A stretch of 64,000 nt of DNA from Felis catus (lineage: Eukaryota): contig NC_058368.1 in NCBI RefSeq assembly GCF_018350175.1, forward strand, positions 98,768,001 through 98,832,000, read 5' to 3'. The notes below the pieces were generated by a model that had not been told where the DNA came from, ran no database searches, and worked only from the letters and a program-made list of their open reading frames with translations. The position numbers were made by a program, and so were the translations under genes. Every line of letters starts with the position of its first letter. Position 1 is the stretch's first letter. This document shows positions 23,966-37,253 of the stretch, piece by piece.

Positions 23966-26514
23966 AGCCTGTGGTGTGGTAATTATCTTAGAAATATCTC
24001 TACCTTCGTCTGTCTTTTTCTCTCTCTGTTTATCTGTGTAGGAAGAAACAGGAAAAGAAAAAACCTTTCACTATTCAGTTTATATTATGACCCTAATATA
24101 CTGGATTGTCTGATCACTGGCAAATGCTCCAATCCTATTGGAAAGATGTTATTTTAAAGGCACATATTTCATAGGATTGAGGCTAAGATCTTGTCCTGTG
24201 CACTTAATTTAAACGAGCTCTGAAATCATTAGAACTCTTATTTTCTTATTATTGAAAAACAAAAGGTATTCTTTTGAATTTTGGTATCTAGTGACTTAAT
24301 TCAGAATATGTGCCTTCTACTAACTCAGAACAAGCAAATGAGTGACACTTATCATTAGTAGGTAACTTATCTTTTGATGTTTATCTATATTATACATAAT
24401 GATAAACCATTAACTAAGATTAGATATTTAAATGTGATGTTGGATTCAATTAATATATTTTTATTGTTTTAATATTATTTAAGGATTTTATATACTATTG
24501 TTTGTTTAAATCATATAATTGTTTAGAAAGAAATAAACCTTAATATTATCAGTTTTACAGCACAAAGATTAATAAAATGGAAATAAAGTTCTGATTAATT
24601 GGAAGAGCATTTTGCTTCCTTGCATGATTTATCAGTGTAGATTACATTCTGTTTTCTTCTCTAGTTTGACCGACTGGGCTAAACTTAGTGGAAAATGCTA
24701 TAGAAATGCTTTGTGTGGCCTCAGAATTCAAAGCCCCAAAAGGGTGGTCGCTTTCCCGATTCTCCTTCTTCTTCACCTAAAAAGAGTCTCACTGTCATTT
24801 TAAATCAATATCACTGAATTAAAATGTATGATATGTGAAAGCTACAAGGATTTTTACATTGATGGTACTAACATATTTGATGCCCTGCAGAAAGAAAACA
24901 TGAGACAGACACACATAAAGGTTTCATGATGAAAGTCATTGTCATGCTGCACTAAGACCTTCTAATTCACTGTCAGCACAGTATCAGCTTTGAAGGCAGT
25001 CTGTTCTTTGGAGACATGGTGTTTTCTTTATACACTAGCCATTCCTACATGAATAGAGAACTGGGATTAAATTTAAAAAGTTGCATGTGCCTGTCAGTGG
25101 AGCATTACGTATGGGCCAGAGGTAGAGCATAATTTCCTGCTCTTTTCTTCACAGGATAACTTTTGGCCAACTCTCTCATCTTTATTAAAAAGTAGACGGA
25201 TAATACTGTCAAATGGCCTTACTGCTCTCAAAAACAAAACAAAACAAAACAAGACAAAACAAGACAAAACAGAATAAAACCCAGCTCTTCTCTGCTCCTG
25301 TGTCTGAGTGTCTGACCCACAGGACTACGACGAAGGCTTTAACCCTTAGGCTGAGCTAGCTTACTCTTTAGGCAGTTTTTGCTATGCCCTTCTGTGAATT
25401 GGCAGTCCTGAACTGGCCGTCAGTGATTTGGCTGACTTGCTGCAGAGCCTGGAGGCAGCGAGTGAGAGAAGTATGCATTGCCTACAATTTTAAAAAAAGA
25501 GACCCTTGTAGGGCTAGAGGAGTAGAGCAAGTAGGGGTGGAGCTGGACAAGGAATACGAGCAGAGAAACAAACAAGCCGACAAGGCAAGCATCAAGGATT
25601 TAAACAAAACATGCACCCAGTTTAAAATTATCCTGAGGCCGAGCAGATTATGACCAGTCTTCTCTAAGATGCAAGGAAAAAAACAAACCTTCTTCCTGAT
25701 AGATCCATCTAGCAAGTGCCTACTGCAAACTCTGTGCCATGTAGAGTGAAACATGTGGAGAAGTCAACCCTTAAAAATCCCCATACCTGGTCTAGCAGAG
25801 CTAACAGAATAATGGCTGAGGCAGACAAGACCAGTAAGTGTAATGCAATTTAATAAGCAGCAACAGAATATGTAAGTACTATGTAGATTTAAAGAAAGGC
25901 ATAGGATAGAAAGCAAACGGTTTTTTTCCCTCCTTTTCTTTCACTAGCTCTCCAACCTTTTATGATGAAGGAGAACTCCACTTTCAGATAGCATGGTCAC
26001 ACTTTTGCACTGTTTGCATGAAGTCTGGAATGGTCCTCACGCAGTGTTCCTGCCCATAAGCACACCCTTCATGCTCACAGAGAGGAAATAGAATACTACC
26101 TACGCCTCTAGATGGCCATCCATTTGCCCTTCCTATGTAGGACCACGTCAGGCTTTCTTCTGTTCAAGCTGACCTTCATTCCTTCAAATGAAAACAGCAA
26201 TTAAGAGAAAATAGTACTGTTCTCTCTGAAACACATGTCAGGGACGAATCATCCATATGTAGCTTCACTCTCCATACTAAACTGAGCAGAGCATTCATCT
26301 GAATCTGCAAGGATGACATCCTTTTGCCTGTTGATTATATTTATCTGCTTGTCCCCAGAAACTTAAACCCAGTATGTGAACACTGACCTCATATGGTTCT
26401 CCACCCTCCCTGCCACCAGCCTTGTCAGTTCTTCCCTTGTTAGGTATGCCTTGTATTGTCCATCCATATTCTCCAGCCAGAAATGTTGGTGCCATTCTAA
26501 ACTTTCCTTTTCTG

Positions 26515-26734
26515 GGGGCACCTGGGTGGCCCAGTCAGTTGAGTGTCTGACTTCGACTCAGGTCATGATCTCACAGTTTGTGAGTTCAAGCCCCGTGTCA
26601 GGCTCTGTGCTGACAGCTTGGAGCCTAGATAGAGCCTGCTTCACATTCTGTGTCTCCCCATCTCTTGGCCCTCCCCTGCTCTGGCTCTGTTTCTCTCTGT
26701 CTCTCAATAATAAATAAATGTACAAAAAAAAAAA
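26515..26734 (+). mobile_element. CanSINE within L2 fragments (about 26200-27660)
   Basis: SINE structure; TSD taaactttccttttc. Confidence 0.93.
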
Positions 26735-28439
26735 TTAAACTTTCCTTTTCCTCTTTACCCTTCACGTATAAGCAACCACCAAGTCCCGACTGTCCTACCT
26801 CCCAAATGTCTCTACTGTTTATCCCTTACTTTGTTCCTTAATTTCTTCATACCATCGCCATGTCTCACCCAGGCGTTTGGGACCACATCCTTACTAATTA
26901 GCCTCAGGCTTGTCTGCTACCAAATGGCCCTTCTGGTTTTTTTAATCTGCAAATCTGAACTTGCAATTTCCCTGTTAAAAGTTCTTCACCGTTTGCTTAC
27001 TTCCCATAACGGCAGTTTTCAAACCTGTTTTTACTGGGCAAACAAGACCATCTCAACTGCATGGAGCTGATTTGATGTGAAGTATAATGTGGGGGACAGA
27101 GACAGAATAGAGCAGTGATCCCAGAAAGGTCCCTACTATCATGGCTTGCTGAGTGGCCTCAGGTACCTAGGTGTGTCTGCAGGGCAGAACAGAGGCTTGA
27201 AAATCATCAACCTATAGAAAAAAAATAGAAGCTCCCTTTGGGTTACCTGTAGACCATGAATGATCTTCCTGTCTAGGCTCCTTTCCTGCACTCAGTGTCT
27301 TCAGGCTACATCCCCAGTGAACGATTGCTACTTCACAGAAGCACTGAACACCCGTCTCTCTGTCCAGAGCGTGAGCTCCTGACGAGAACACCAAACGGGC
27401 GACTCTGTTACTTAGCCCACATCATCCGTTCTTTGTCACGCTCCCCCCCTTGCCAGTCACACTAAACTTTCCCTTTTCTGTAGTTTCCTGCTGCATTACA
27501 CTTTCACCTCTACAGCGTATTGCTTTGTGACTCATGTCTTACCACCTCTTCCTCCAAGATACTTGTGGTCCATAACCAGGCCTCCATTCTTGATTTCCTA
27601 ATACCTGGCATAGTCTTTAAGCCTGTAGTGGGTCACTAAGAAATACTGGCAATGCGAAGAAGTGGATAACTTGCTTCTTGTATTATTATAATTGGACTTG
27701 AAATAATTTCAAAGGTAAATAAACATACTCTTGCAACATTTGCTATGGGGATATTTACCTTTATTTTTTTTTAATGGAATAAAAATTCAGATGTCATTTT
27801 GTTAATAAATGTTTGAAAGCAAGAATAGATATATAGGTAAATAATAATAATAATAATAATAGTAGTAGTAGTAATAATAATAAACAAGAAAGAACTTAAA
27901 TTGTCCTATATTGGATGTAAAACTCTCTCTTTTGACTACTTTAATTTATTAGTAGTAAATTTAAGGCATTTGAACAGACCTTGCCAAATCCCCAGCCCAT
28001 TCACAGTTTCTCTTCTTTATATGATTGTACTGGAAACAATACTGGCAGTCAGAAGTCACCGCTCCGGATTGTGTTCTATCCAGGTTACATTCAGGTAATA
28101 TGTTGGAAAATGGAAACATGGTTAAAAAAACAATCACTCGTTCTTTTGTTTTGGTCAAAATACTAGAAAAATATCTAGGAAAGTGAATTGTAAAGTATAC
28201 CTTATCATGGTTTATCTTTTTTTTACCTTAAATTATTAAAATTCATTTTAAATATTCATTTTGAGAACCTGATGAATATTGCATGGTATGTCCTAAAAAT
28301 GTAAAACCGACCAGTGAAACCTCACTGTGAGCTGAGCAGGTGATCTCTCTTCCAGGTGTGCCTTTGGTAGACCTGGATGAAGTGTGGGCAGGGGGAGTAG
28401 CCTTGGGACTAAAGCATTTAGCTGAGGCCATGGAAAGCT

Positions 28440-28655
28440 CTGGAAGAACTCAGAGAGCTGGGTTCCAAATCTGTACATTCTCTTATGAGCTGTTCAGATA
28501 CTAGAACCAGTCACCTAACTTCTCTCTCGTTTCCACTTCTGAGAAGTAAGAATGAGGACTACCTTATAGTGAATGTTCGCTGCAATAATATACTTAAAGT
28601 GCCTAATTTAAGTCCAGGCATACAGTAGGCATCCAATAAATGCTGGCTATTATTT
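28440..28655 (+). mobile_element. MIR
   Basis: gagctgggttccaaatctg...agtcacctaacttctct...ctaccttatag...caggcatacagtaggcatccaataaatg. Confidence 0.7.
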
Positions 28656-29919
28656 TTATTTGACTCCAGTATGTGGAACATTGGTCTTCTGAAAAGCTCT
28701 AATGTTTGTAGCAGGGCTACTGAGAGAAAAAGGCAAAAGGAAATGTCCAAGTTTGCCAAGTACAAAGAGCTTAGCAAATGTCAAGCACTGATATTTTAAC
28801 AAATAATGTTTAATTTTGTTCATTTTCTTAATACAAGGGCCCAGTGGGAGTTAACAACGTATAGGGCAGGTAGATGTGCAGGTTAACGTCGACAGGGAGT
28901 GCAAACAGGGATTCCCAGTATGTCTGACAGCAAGCCATTGCATTTACAGCTAAGTCAACAGAAAATTGAATCACATTTATATTTTCATTTAATATTGCCT
29001 CTTGGGTCAGAATATTTCATACACTTTTGAGCTGAGGGCCAGGCCTACCTCATTTTTTATGATACCTAGTCATATTCTTCATTTGACCTGGCATTTTGAA
29101 AGGCATTCCAGAACCTTTCTTCTAGTAATGGATGATGCCTGTTTTCTTACATAGAACATTGTCACTGAGGGTCTTTCATACAGTGAAATAACATTTCTGG
29201 TTTATATACTTCAGTTGGTTCATATTGTGAGTTCGTAAACCATAATGGGAATTTAAATAACTTGAAATGAGACCTTTGATAGAAAGCCTTCTTACCTGAC
29301 TTTCATTTACAGTTAAAAGATTCATCTTGACAACCTATTCATCTAAAGCCAGCTGTTGACTAAAATAAAATATTTATTCCTGTGGCTCTCTCCTGACTAG
29401 ATGCCTTGCCAACATTTGTACGTCTTGTCATCTCTGAAGAGCGTTCGGTATTTTCAACTTTTCTGACAGCTGTACCTTTTCTATGCTCTTTAAAATTGTA
29501 GATTACCTGGCTGTGTTTATGACCTTATTATGTAGACAAGACATGAATTCTTTATTTAGTAAAGGAAAGATTAATGAAATTGAATACTCTTTGTCTTTTT
29601 CTATCATTGTAAGTAACAACCTGTGTATTACAGCATCATAGCAAGCACATTCTAATGGAGCTTGGAATTTAAGGCCACTAATGTTGAAAAGCATGGATAC
29701 ACACACACATACACACACAGTGAGAAAAAAGGGAAGAGGAAGGGGGGGGGGGAATATAAGTGAAAAATACTTTAGTTGAAATGCAACTTTAATTGTCCCT
29801 ACTATTTTTGACCAGTTAATATGAGCAAAAGTCATGCCAGATACTATAGGAAAAATGGAGACAAAAAGACATACACGCCATCATGAGTGTTTGCAATCTA
29901 GTAATGAAATATATCAGTA

Positions 29920-30340
29920 TTTGCTGCTAATAATTGGCTTAAACAGAAAGGAAAATTCTTGTCAACTTTATAAGGGGTGTACAGATAGGTATGTCTGTGG
30001 GTACCACAGGATTGGTGAAATCAGTAGCCCAGTGATATCATCAAGAACTGGGTTTCTATTATTGCCCCCATTGTGTCATCCTTGGTTTTGGTATTATGCT
30101 CCCTCTGATGGCTAATTATCTGCAATACTTCCAGGCATTACATCTTGAATATCAATGACCAGAAGAGGAGGAAGAAAACCATACCATGTAATCTTGTGGT
30201 TATCTTTCTTAAGACAGAGGAATTTTTTTTTTCCTGGAAATAGTTCATCAATCTCTCCTCTTACGTCTTTCCGTCCAGTATGGGGACCATGAAACTGGTC
30301 ATCTGAGAGGAATAGGTCTTCAGGAGTTACATCCCCCCAA
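29920..30340 (-). mobile_element. MaLR LTR (MLT1K/L-like)
   Basis: tggcttaaacag...cagtgatatcatcaagaactgggtttct...atggct...ccaggcattacatc. Confidence 0.65.
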
Positions 30341-31977
30341 ATAGGAAGATAAGTTAAGATTTCAAATAAGTATTTTACAGGCCAGAGAGTGATACATACT
30401 ACACAAATCTTACTGAGATATTACTGAAAGGTGGTAATTATATGAGGGTTAGCCACATGGGAAAAATGAGCACGATCTCTTTGTGGTTGTCAGGGACAGA
30501 TGAAGAAAGTGGCAAAAATATTCAGTCACATTATTTAAAGATGTTACCAGTAACTCTCCCATCATGGCACCTATCACAGTTGCAAGCAATAATTTATAAG
30601 ATTATTTGTTTATTTTCTGTTGTTGCTTCTGTACTGAAACTTCATGAGGACAGAAAAAATGACCATCGTACTCATCAACGTGTCCCTCTCTATTGAATGA
30701 AGCAAAGAATGAATGCATAGCCATGGGGAATGCATAGAATTTTTAGCTGGTGCAAGGAGGCCATTCCAGATCAAGGGAACATCATTAGCAAAGTCCTCAG
30801 TCCGGAAAGCTCAGCCACCGGCCTGAAACTTAGGGTGAGTGTCGTAGAAAAGTGAGACACTTTCCAGGGATGATAATCGGAGGATGAAATCCATGGATTC
30901 TTCTTAGCAGTCATGAAGAAGAACGGAATGTTTCAGAGTTGGCTGATGGTATCATAAGAGGTCTGCTTTCGGAAGAGACACTTGGCAATGGTATGTTATA
31001 GATTGACCATAAGGGGACAGAGTGGGCACGGGCCTGACCAGAGGCTGTACTGGGTGGTCAGGAAGCTATTGAGATCCTGATTTGGGCTTAGCAGAGGAAC
31101 AAAAAAGTAGCAAATGCATTTCTAGCAACATTAAAGATGAGAATTGAGATGACTTATTAACATGTAAGAGAAAAATGAATTAACGAAGGGAAAACCAAGA
31201 GAAAGATAACACCACAACTATAGACATCAGACCAGGCATTACATTTTGTTCTGTTTCTGTTTGTAGGGATATGAGGTACCGAGGCAGAATGTGTGGTAAG
31301 AACAGGCAGTCACTCCACTAGGGGGATGACTCAGTTACAGACCCCTGAGGCTGCCACGTAGGAGATGTTCAATACCGGACATTGTATAGAATGACAATAA
31401 CAATAAAAAAGATGCCATGAAATGCTTTCTGAAATAAATTAGAAATAATCCACTGGAATCTCCAGAGAAATTTCAAGTTAAGCGTTAGAATTAGACTATG
31501 ACAGAAAAGGCCTAGGATGAGAAATTTTGGAAAGAAATATTGATTGTGTTGACAAGCTTTGCCTGAGTCGTTCAGCTATTGACTAATACGTGTCTTGGCT
31601 TTAACCATGTATTTGTAGAACAGAAAGGAACTTTGTGGCATCTTCCAGTCTTTCTTCTTGCTTTCAAGTAGATGACAATTAAACATTCCAGATACGTGGA
31701 AATCTTAATTTTTGAAGAGAGTTCACCCCCAAAAAAGAGGTTTTTAGAAACTGAGTCACTTTATATTTGGGTGATAAATGTCAGTGTCTGCCAGGAGATT
31801 TTTCTTGGTGTAATTATCCTTTGATATAATCAGTCACTTCTACCAAATGCCTTTTGTTGTTTGGTTTGGGTTGGTTTTTTTGTTCTGTGGATTCATAGAC
31901 TGCATTTGACTCCATCATATTGAAGTCTATTATAATTTCAGCGCTTCAGCTTATTTCTGTAATAATTCCAGTCTCTT

Positions 31978-32212
31978 GGGGCACCGGGGTGGCTCAGTCA
32001 GTTAAGCCTCCAACTTTGGCTCAGGTCATGATCTCACGCTCCATGAGTTCGAGCCCCGCGTCAGGCTCTGTGCTGTCAGCTCAGAGCCTGAAGCCTGCTT
32101 CAAATTCTGTGTCTCCCTACTCGTGCTCTCCCTACTATCTTTGCCCCTCCCTACTCGTGCTCTCTCTCTCTGTCTCTCTCTGAGAAATAAACATTTTAAA
32201 ACATTTAAAAAA
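31978..32212 (+). mobile_element. CanSINE
   Basis: SINE structure; TSD aattcca(g/a)tctctt. Confidence 0.95.
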
Positions 32213-32285
32213 ATTCCAATCTCTTAAGAGTTATTCATAAGTACAGTTTTTAAAATCTGTAATTGCTTTTGGATGACCTCTGAAC

Positions 32286-32488
32286 CTTTTTTTAAAATTT
32301 CTTTTATTATTATTATTTTTCTTATTTTTAGAGCGAGTGAGTGTGAGCAGAGCAAAGGGGCAGGGTAGGGAGGGAGAGGGAATCTCAAGCAGGCTCCACA
32401 CTGAGCGTGGATCCCACCATCTTGGGGTCATGACCTGAGCCAAAACCAAGAGTCAGATGCTCAATCGACTGAGCCACCCAGGTTCCCC
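32286..32488 (-). mobile_element. CanSINE, tail-to-tail with the previous copy
   Basis: Reverse SINE ending gagccacccaggttcccc. Confidence 0.92.
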
Positions 32489-33011
32489 ATCTGACCTGCT
32501 TTGAAAGCTTATATAATCCTTCTAAATTCTGTACAGCCTAGAATAGGTCTTTGTCAAATTATCTGAAAGTCAGACTTTGTTTTAACTTTATTTTCTCAAG
32601 CACTTTGCAGACAACTAGTGTTTATAGGTAATATGAGGAAATTACCAGGTTACATACTTTTATTTGTAGGGGAACAGTGTGGGTTTCCTGATTTAGGGGC
32701 TACCAGAGGAATGAAACAGCAGTAAATGCATATTTAGATGTCCTACGGAAGTAGAAGCAAGAGGACTTATTACATTATTAGATCTAGCATTTTGGAGAGG
32801 CATGGCTTGCCAAGTCACTGAAATGGGAAGCCCGGGTAAAATATGAAAAGGTTTAGGAACACTGCGAAATGTATTTATTCACGTTCCTTATATGCAGTTC
32901 TTTTCTGAGCTTTACAATGCTCATACTCAGTGTATCTATACAAGCAGGGTTTAGAAAAGGCTCATCTACATTGTATTTGTTGGGCATTTATGAATCAAAG
33001 CTTCACAGCCA

Positions 33012-33184
33012 GGGGCGCCTGAGTGGCTCATTCAGTTAAGTGTCTGCCTTTGGCATCAGGTCATGATGTCACCATTGGATTCTTGGGTTTGAGCCCCACA
33101 TGGGACTGTGTGTGGACAGCTCAGAGCCTGGAACCCGCTTCGGCTTCTGTGTCTCCCTCTCTCTCTCTGCCCCTCCCCCGCTCG

Positions 33185-33221
<37 letters not shown>

Positions 33222-33255
33222 AAATAAATAAACGTTAAAAAATTACATAAAAAAA
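33012..33255 (+). mobile_element. CanSINE
   Basis: SINE head, (CT)n, A tail. Confidence 0.95.
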
Positions 33256-33412
33256 GCATCATATCGGGGATGCCTTGCTGAACGTAAATGTATGCTATGA
33301 AAACAGGTAGAATTTACAGAGAATCTGTGGTAACTTCACATTTATTATCTCACTTTACTCTTCGAAACAAGTCTGTAACATAGGGCATTACATTAAAACA
33401 ACAACAACAACG

Positions 33413-34355
33413 AGGAGCAACTAGGTGGCTCAGTTGGTTGAGTGTATGACTTAATTTCAGCTCAGGTCATGATCCCAGGATCGTGGGATTGAGCCCCCAT
33501 GGGCTCTGTGCTGAGTGTGGAGCCTTTTTAAGACTCTGTCTCGAAACGGGAACCCTCTTGCACTGTTGATGGGAATGCAAATTGGTGCAGCCACTCTGGA
33601 AAACAGTGTGGAGGTTCCTCAAAAAATTAAAAATAGACCTACCCTATGACCCAGCAGTAGCACTGCTAGGAGGAATTTACCCAAGGGATACAGGAGCACT
33701 GATGCATAGGGGCACTTGTACCCCAATGTTTATAGCAGCACTCTCAACAATAGCCAAATGATGGAAAGAGCCTAAATGTCCATCAACTGATGAATGGATA
33801 AAGAAATTGTGGTTTATATACATAATGGAGTACTACATGGCAATGAGAAAGAACGAAATATGGCCCTTCGTAGCAACGTAGATGGAACTGGAGAGTGTGA
33901 TGCTAAGTGAAATAAGCCATACAGAGAAAGACAGATACCATATGTTTTCACTCTTATGTGGATCCTGAGAAACGTAACAGAAACCCATGGGGGAGGGGAA
34001 GGAAAAAAAAAAGAGGTTAGAATGGGAGAGAGCCAAAGCATAAGAGACTCTTAAAAACTGAAAACAAACTGAGGGTTGATGGGGGGTGGGAGGGAGGGGA
34101 GGGTAGGTGATGGGCACTGAGGAAGTCACCTTTTGGGATGAGCACTGGGTGTTGTATGGAAACCAATTTGACAATAAATTTAATATATTGAAAGAAAATA
34201 AAAAATAAAAAAATTTAAAAAAAGACTCTGTCTCTCCTTCCCTCTGCCCCTCTGCCCTGCTCACTCTGTCTTTCTCCCTTTCCCTCCCTCCCTCTCTCTC
34301 TCTCTCTCTCAAAAAGTAAATAAATAAAATAAAGACTTTGAAAGAAATTTAAAAA
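33413..34355 (+). mobile_element. CanSINE split by an L1 insertion
   Basis: Head at 33413-33542; CT-rich body and tail resume at 34235. Confidence 0.9.
33543..34221 (+). mobile_element. 5'-truncated young feline-type L1 (~680 bp)
   Basis: L1 ORF2 end, 3' UTR and A-tail; perfect 13-bp TSD aagactctgtctc at 33530-33542 and 34222-34234. Confidence 0.96.
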
Positions 34356-34672
34356 TTAAAAGAATGATTCAAGTCTTAGAGATATTAAGTAGGTTTCTAG
34401 TGTAAGAAATGGTGATGTCAAGATTAAACCCATTTCTGTCTATCACCAGTAGGTTCTACTACCTTCTCTGACATTTAGAACTTAGAAAAGTTGCATAGAA
34501 GCTTCAGAATTTGTTGAACTCACATGGTAGTTTTCTCCCTGCAAGAGGGTTTCTTGCTTTTCAATTTTTCTCTCCAAATAATTAAAATCTTCATTATTTT
34601 TAAGTGAATTAGTGTTATAGGTACAGCTGAAAGTTTCCCCAGAACAAGTATCCTTAAAGAGAACCAATACTT

Positions 34673-34905
34673 GGGTACCTCGGTGTCTTAGTCCGTTATT
34701 CATCCAACTTTGGCTCAGGTCATGATCTCACGGTTCGTGGGTTCAGGCCCCTCATCAGGCTGTGTGCTGACAGCCCAGAGTCTGAAGCCTGCTTTGGATT
34801 CTGTTTCTCCCCCACTCTCTGTGCCCCCCCTCCCCCACACTTACCACATTCTGTCTCTTTCTGTCTCTCAAAACTGAATAAATGTTAAAAAAATATTTAA
34901 AAAAA
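34673..34905 (+). mobile_element. CanSINE
   Basis: SINE head, body and tail. Confidence 0.92.
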
Positions 34906-34952
34906 TTAAACACCAAAATGCATTTTATGGGAATGATTTAAAACGGCATCAC

Positions 34953-35117
34953 GGGTCACCTGGGTGGCTCAGTCAGTTCAGTGTTCAACTTCAGCTCAGG
35001 TCATGATCTCATGGTTCACGAGTTTGAGCCCTGCATGGGGCTCTGTGCTGACAGCTCAGAGCCTGGAGCCTGCTTTGGATTCTGTGTCTCCCTCTCTTTG
35101 TCCTTCCCCCATTTGCA

Positions 35118-35165
<48 letters not shown>

Positions 35166-35190
35166 AAAAAAAAAATAAACATTAAAAAAA
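34953..35190 (+). mobile_element. CanSINE
   Basis: SINE head, (CT)n, A tail. Confidence 0.95.
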
Positions 35191-36311
35191 CTACAGTGTT
35201 AACCCAAAAATGTAGCATGTAAGTATTGTGTTGTAAAATTCCAAATCGGGTCTAGACTGGATTAGTTATCCCTCCTGTACTCTTACCCAGCTCTTAGAAA
35301 CTTTTAGTGTTGTCCTCAATGTCATTTTATTGTAATTACCATTTTATATGGCTGTTTGCTTTGATAGAATAAGGTCATGGAGAGCAGAAACATTATATTA
35401 CTGATCTTTTGGTCGCTAGCAGGTGACATATGTTCTGACAGGTAGCATGTAGTTAGTAGTTATGACTGGTATACAACGAGTGACAGAATGAATACAGACA
35501 TACTTAGGTAAGTTCGTCATGAGTATCATCTACTGTTTCGAGATGTGTTCGTGTGTAACGTCTCTGATAATTCTCCTCATTCCTTTCTCCTCTCTGAAAT
35601 CCACTTTCCTGGAAGCGGATTACAGAATGTCTCAGGTTGATGGCACGATATTTTTTATATTTTCTTACTTATTTTCCACTTCAGTCATTTTGTCCTGCTT
35701 TCTGTGACTTTCTCTTCTGTCCCTTTTACTGGATTTTTAAGTAAGGTAATAAAATGTTAAATATGTGGGAGCTCTTTCTTATTTTTATTGCATATTTTCA
35801 CAGGACAATATCCTTTTTTAGGGGATGCAGTATATTCTGTCTCCCTCTGAAGATATTTATATTTGAGGTTCACTTTTTCTCTCCATTCTGTTTTTTTCTA
35901 GATCCTTTTATCTCTGTTTTTCCCTTCCTTTGAGCCAGTGGGGGTAGGCGTAGGCTAAGAAGATTTTCTTCAGCTCTAAAATTTTTCTGAACCTTTCTGC
36001 AGCAACTATTACATGTCGAACAACGTGTTAGGTACTAGGGGGATACAAAGACTATCTTTGTCTTCTAATGAGTCCATTGTCCAGTTTTCCTTGCAGAGGA
36101 GTAGAGGGTTGAGTAGAGGTGGGAGCAGAATATTTCAGACTGATGAGCCATCTTTGAGTAATACATAGAAGTAAGAAACAACGTGTGAGGTTGCTCAGGG
36201 AAGTGCCAGTTAGATAGAGCTGCCATGTGGAGGGCAACTGTGGGAGTGGAAAAAAAATGAACTTAAAAGGATAGGCAGAGAGATCAGATCCTATAGCATG
36301 TTTTGTGTTCT

Positions 36312-36536
36312 TTCAGATTAGGATTAACTCTGAGGAAATAACTCTCAAAATAACAGGAGTTTAAACGAGTTGGAAGTCTATTTTTCTTTCGTATAAAATG
36401 GGTAGTCCAGGGGTGCCAGGGTGGCTCAGTCGGTTAAGCACTCAACTTTGACCTAGGTCATGATCTCACGGTTCGTGAGTTCAAGCCCTGTATAGGTCTG
36501 TGTGCTGATAGCTCAGAGCCTCCTTCAGATTCTGTG

Positions 36537-36578
<42 letters not shown>

Positions 36579-36968
36579 CCTCACCTGCTTGCTCTCTGTC
36601 TCCCTCTCAAAAGTAAATAAACATTGAAAAAAAATTTTAATTAAAAATAATAAATAAAGGAGGTAGTCCAGTGCCTCTGCCATACTGTGATCCAAAATGG
36701 CTGTTCTGGCCATCATGTCACCATTACAGGCAGGAGACAGGAGAGAACATCAAAATCTCCTCCCTTAGGGGTGTTTCCCGGAAGTTGTACACATTACCTT
36801 CCATCAGTTAAGCCTACATAGTACCTCACATCTACTAGTTACACAAGAGCCCAGGAAGTGTAGACTTTTGGCAGAGGGTGGCCATTTGCCCTGTTAACAT
36901 TCTTTTAGCTAGGTATTCTTTGGCTGAGGAAGAAAAGGGAATCTGTTAGGGGACAATGCACAGTCTTG
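36312..36968 (-). mobile_element. MaLR LTR (MLT1J-like) inside an L2, split by a SINE
   Basis: caaaataacaggagtttaaac...ccaaaatggctg...ttcccggaagttgtacaca...ggaagtgtagactttt...aggaagaaaaggga. Confidence 0.75.
36410..36658 (+). mobile_element. CanSINE
   Basis: SINE structure; TSD ggtagtccag. Confidence 0.94.
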
Positions 36969-37059
36969 TTTAAGAGTTTAGATTTTACCTAGACAGTGGG
37001 GAGGGGCACTGAAGAGGTTTAGGTCAAGGAAATCTCACTTTAGAAAGGTCACTCTGGCT

Positions 37060-37253
37060 GGGGACGCCTGGGTAGCTCAGTTGGATGAGCATCAGACTTC
37101 AGCTCAGGTCATGATCTCAGGGTTGGTAAGTGAGTTCCACCCCACATCGGACTCATTACTGTCACCTTTGAGCCTGCTTCAGATCCTCTGTCCCACTGTC
37201 TTGCTCTGCCCCTCCGCCCCCTCATAAATAAATAAACATTTAAGAACAAAAAA
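37060..37253 (+). mobile_element. CanSINE
   Basis: SINE structure; long TSD agaaaggtcactctggctg. Confidence 0.95.

Noticed and set aside
33833..34312. Longest ORF (159 aa, minus strand)
   Set aside because: Antisense read-through of a SINE tail and an L1 3' UTR.
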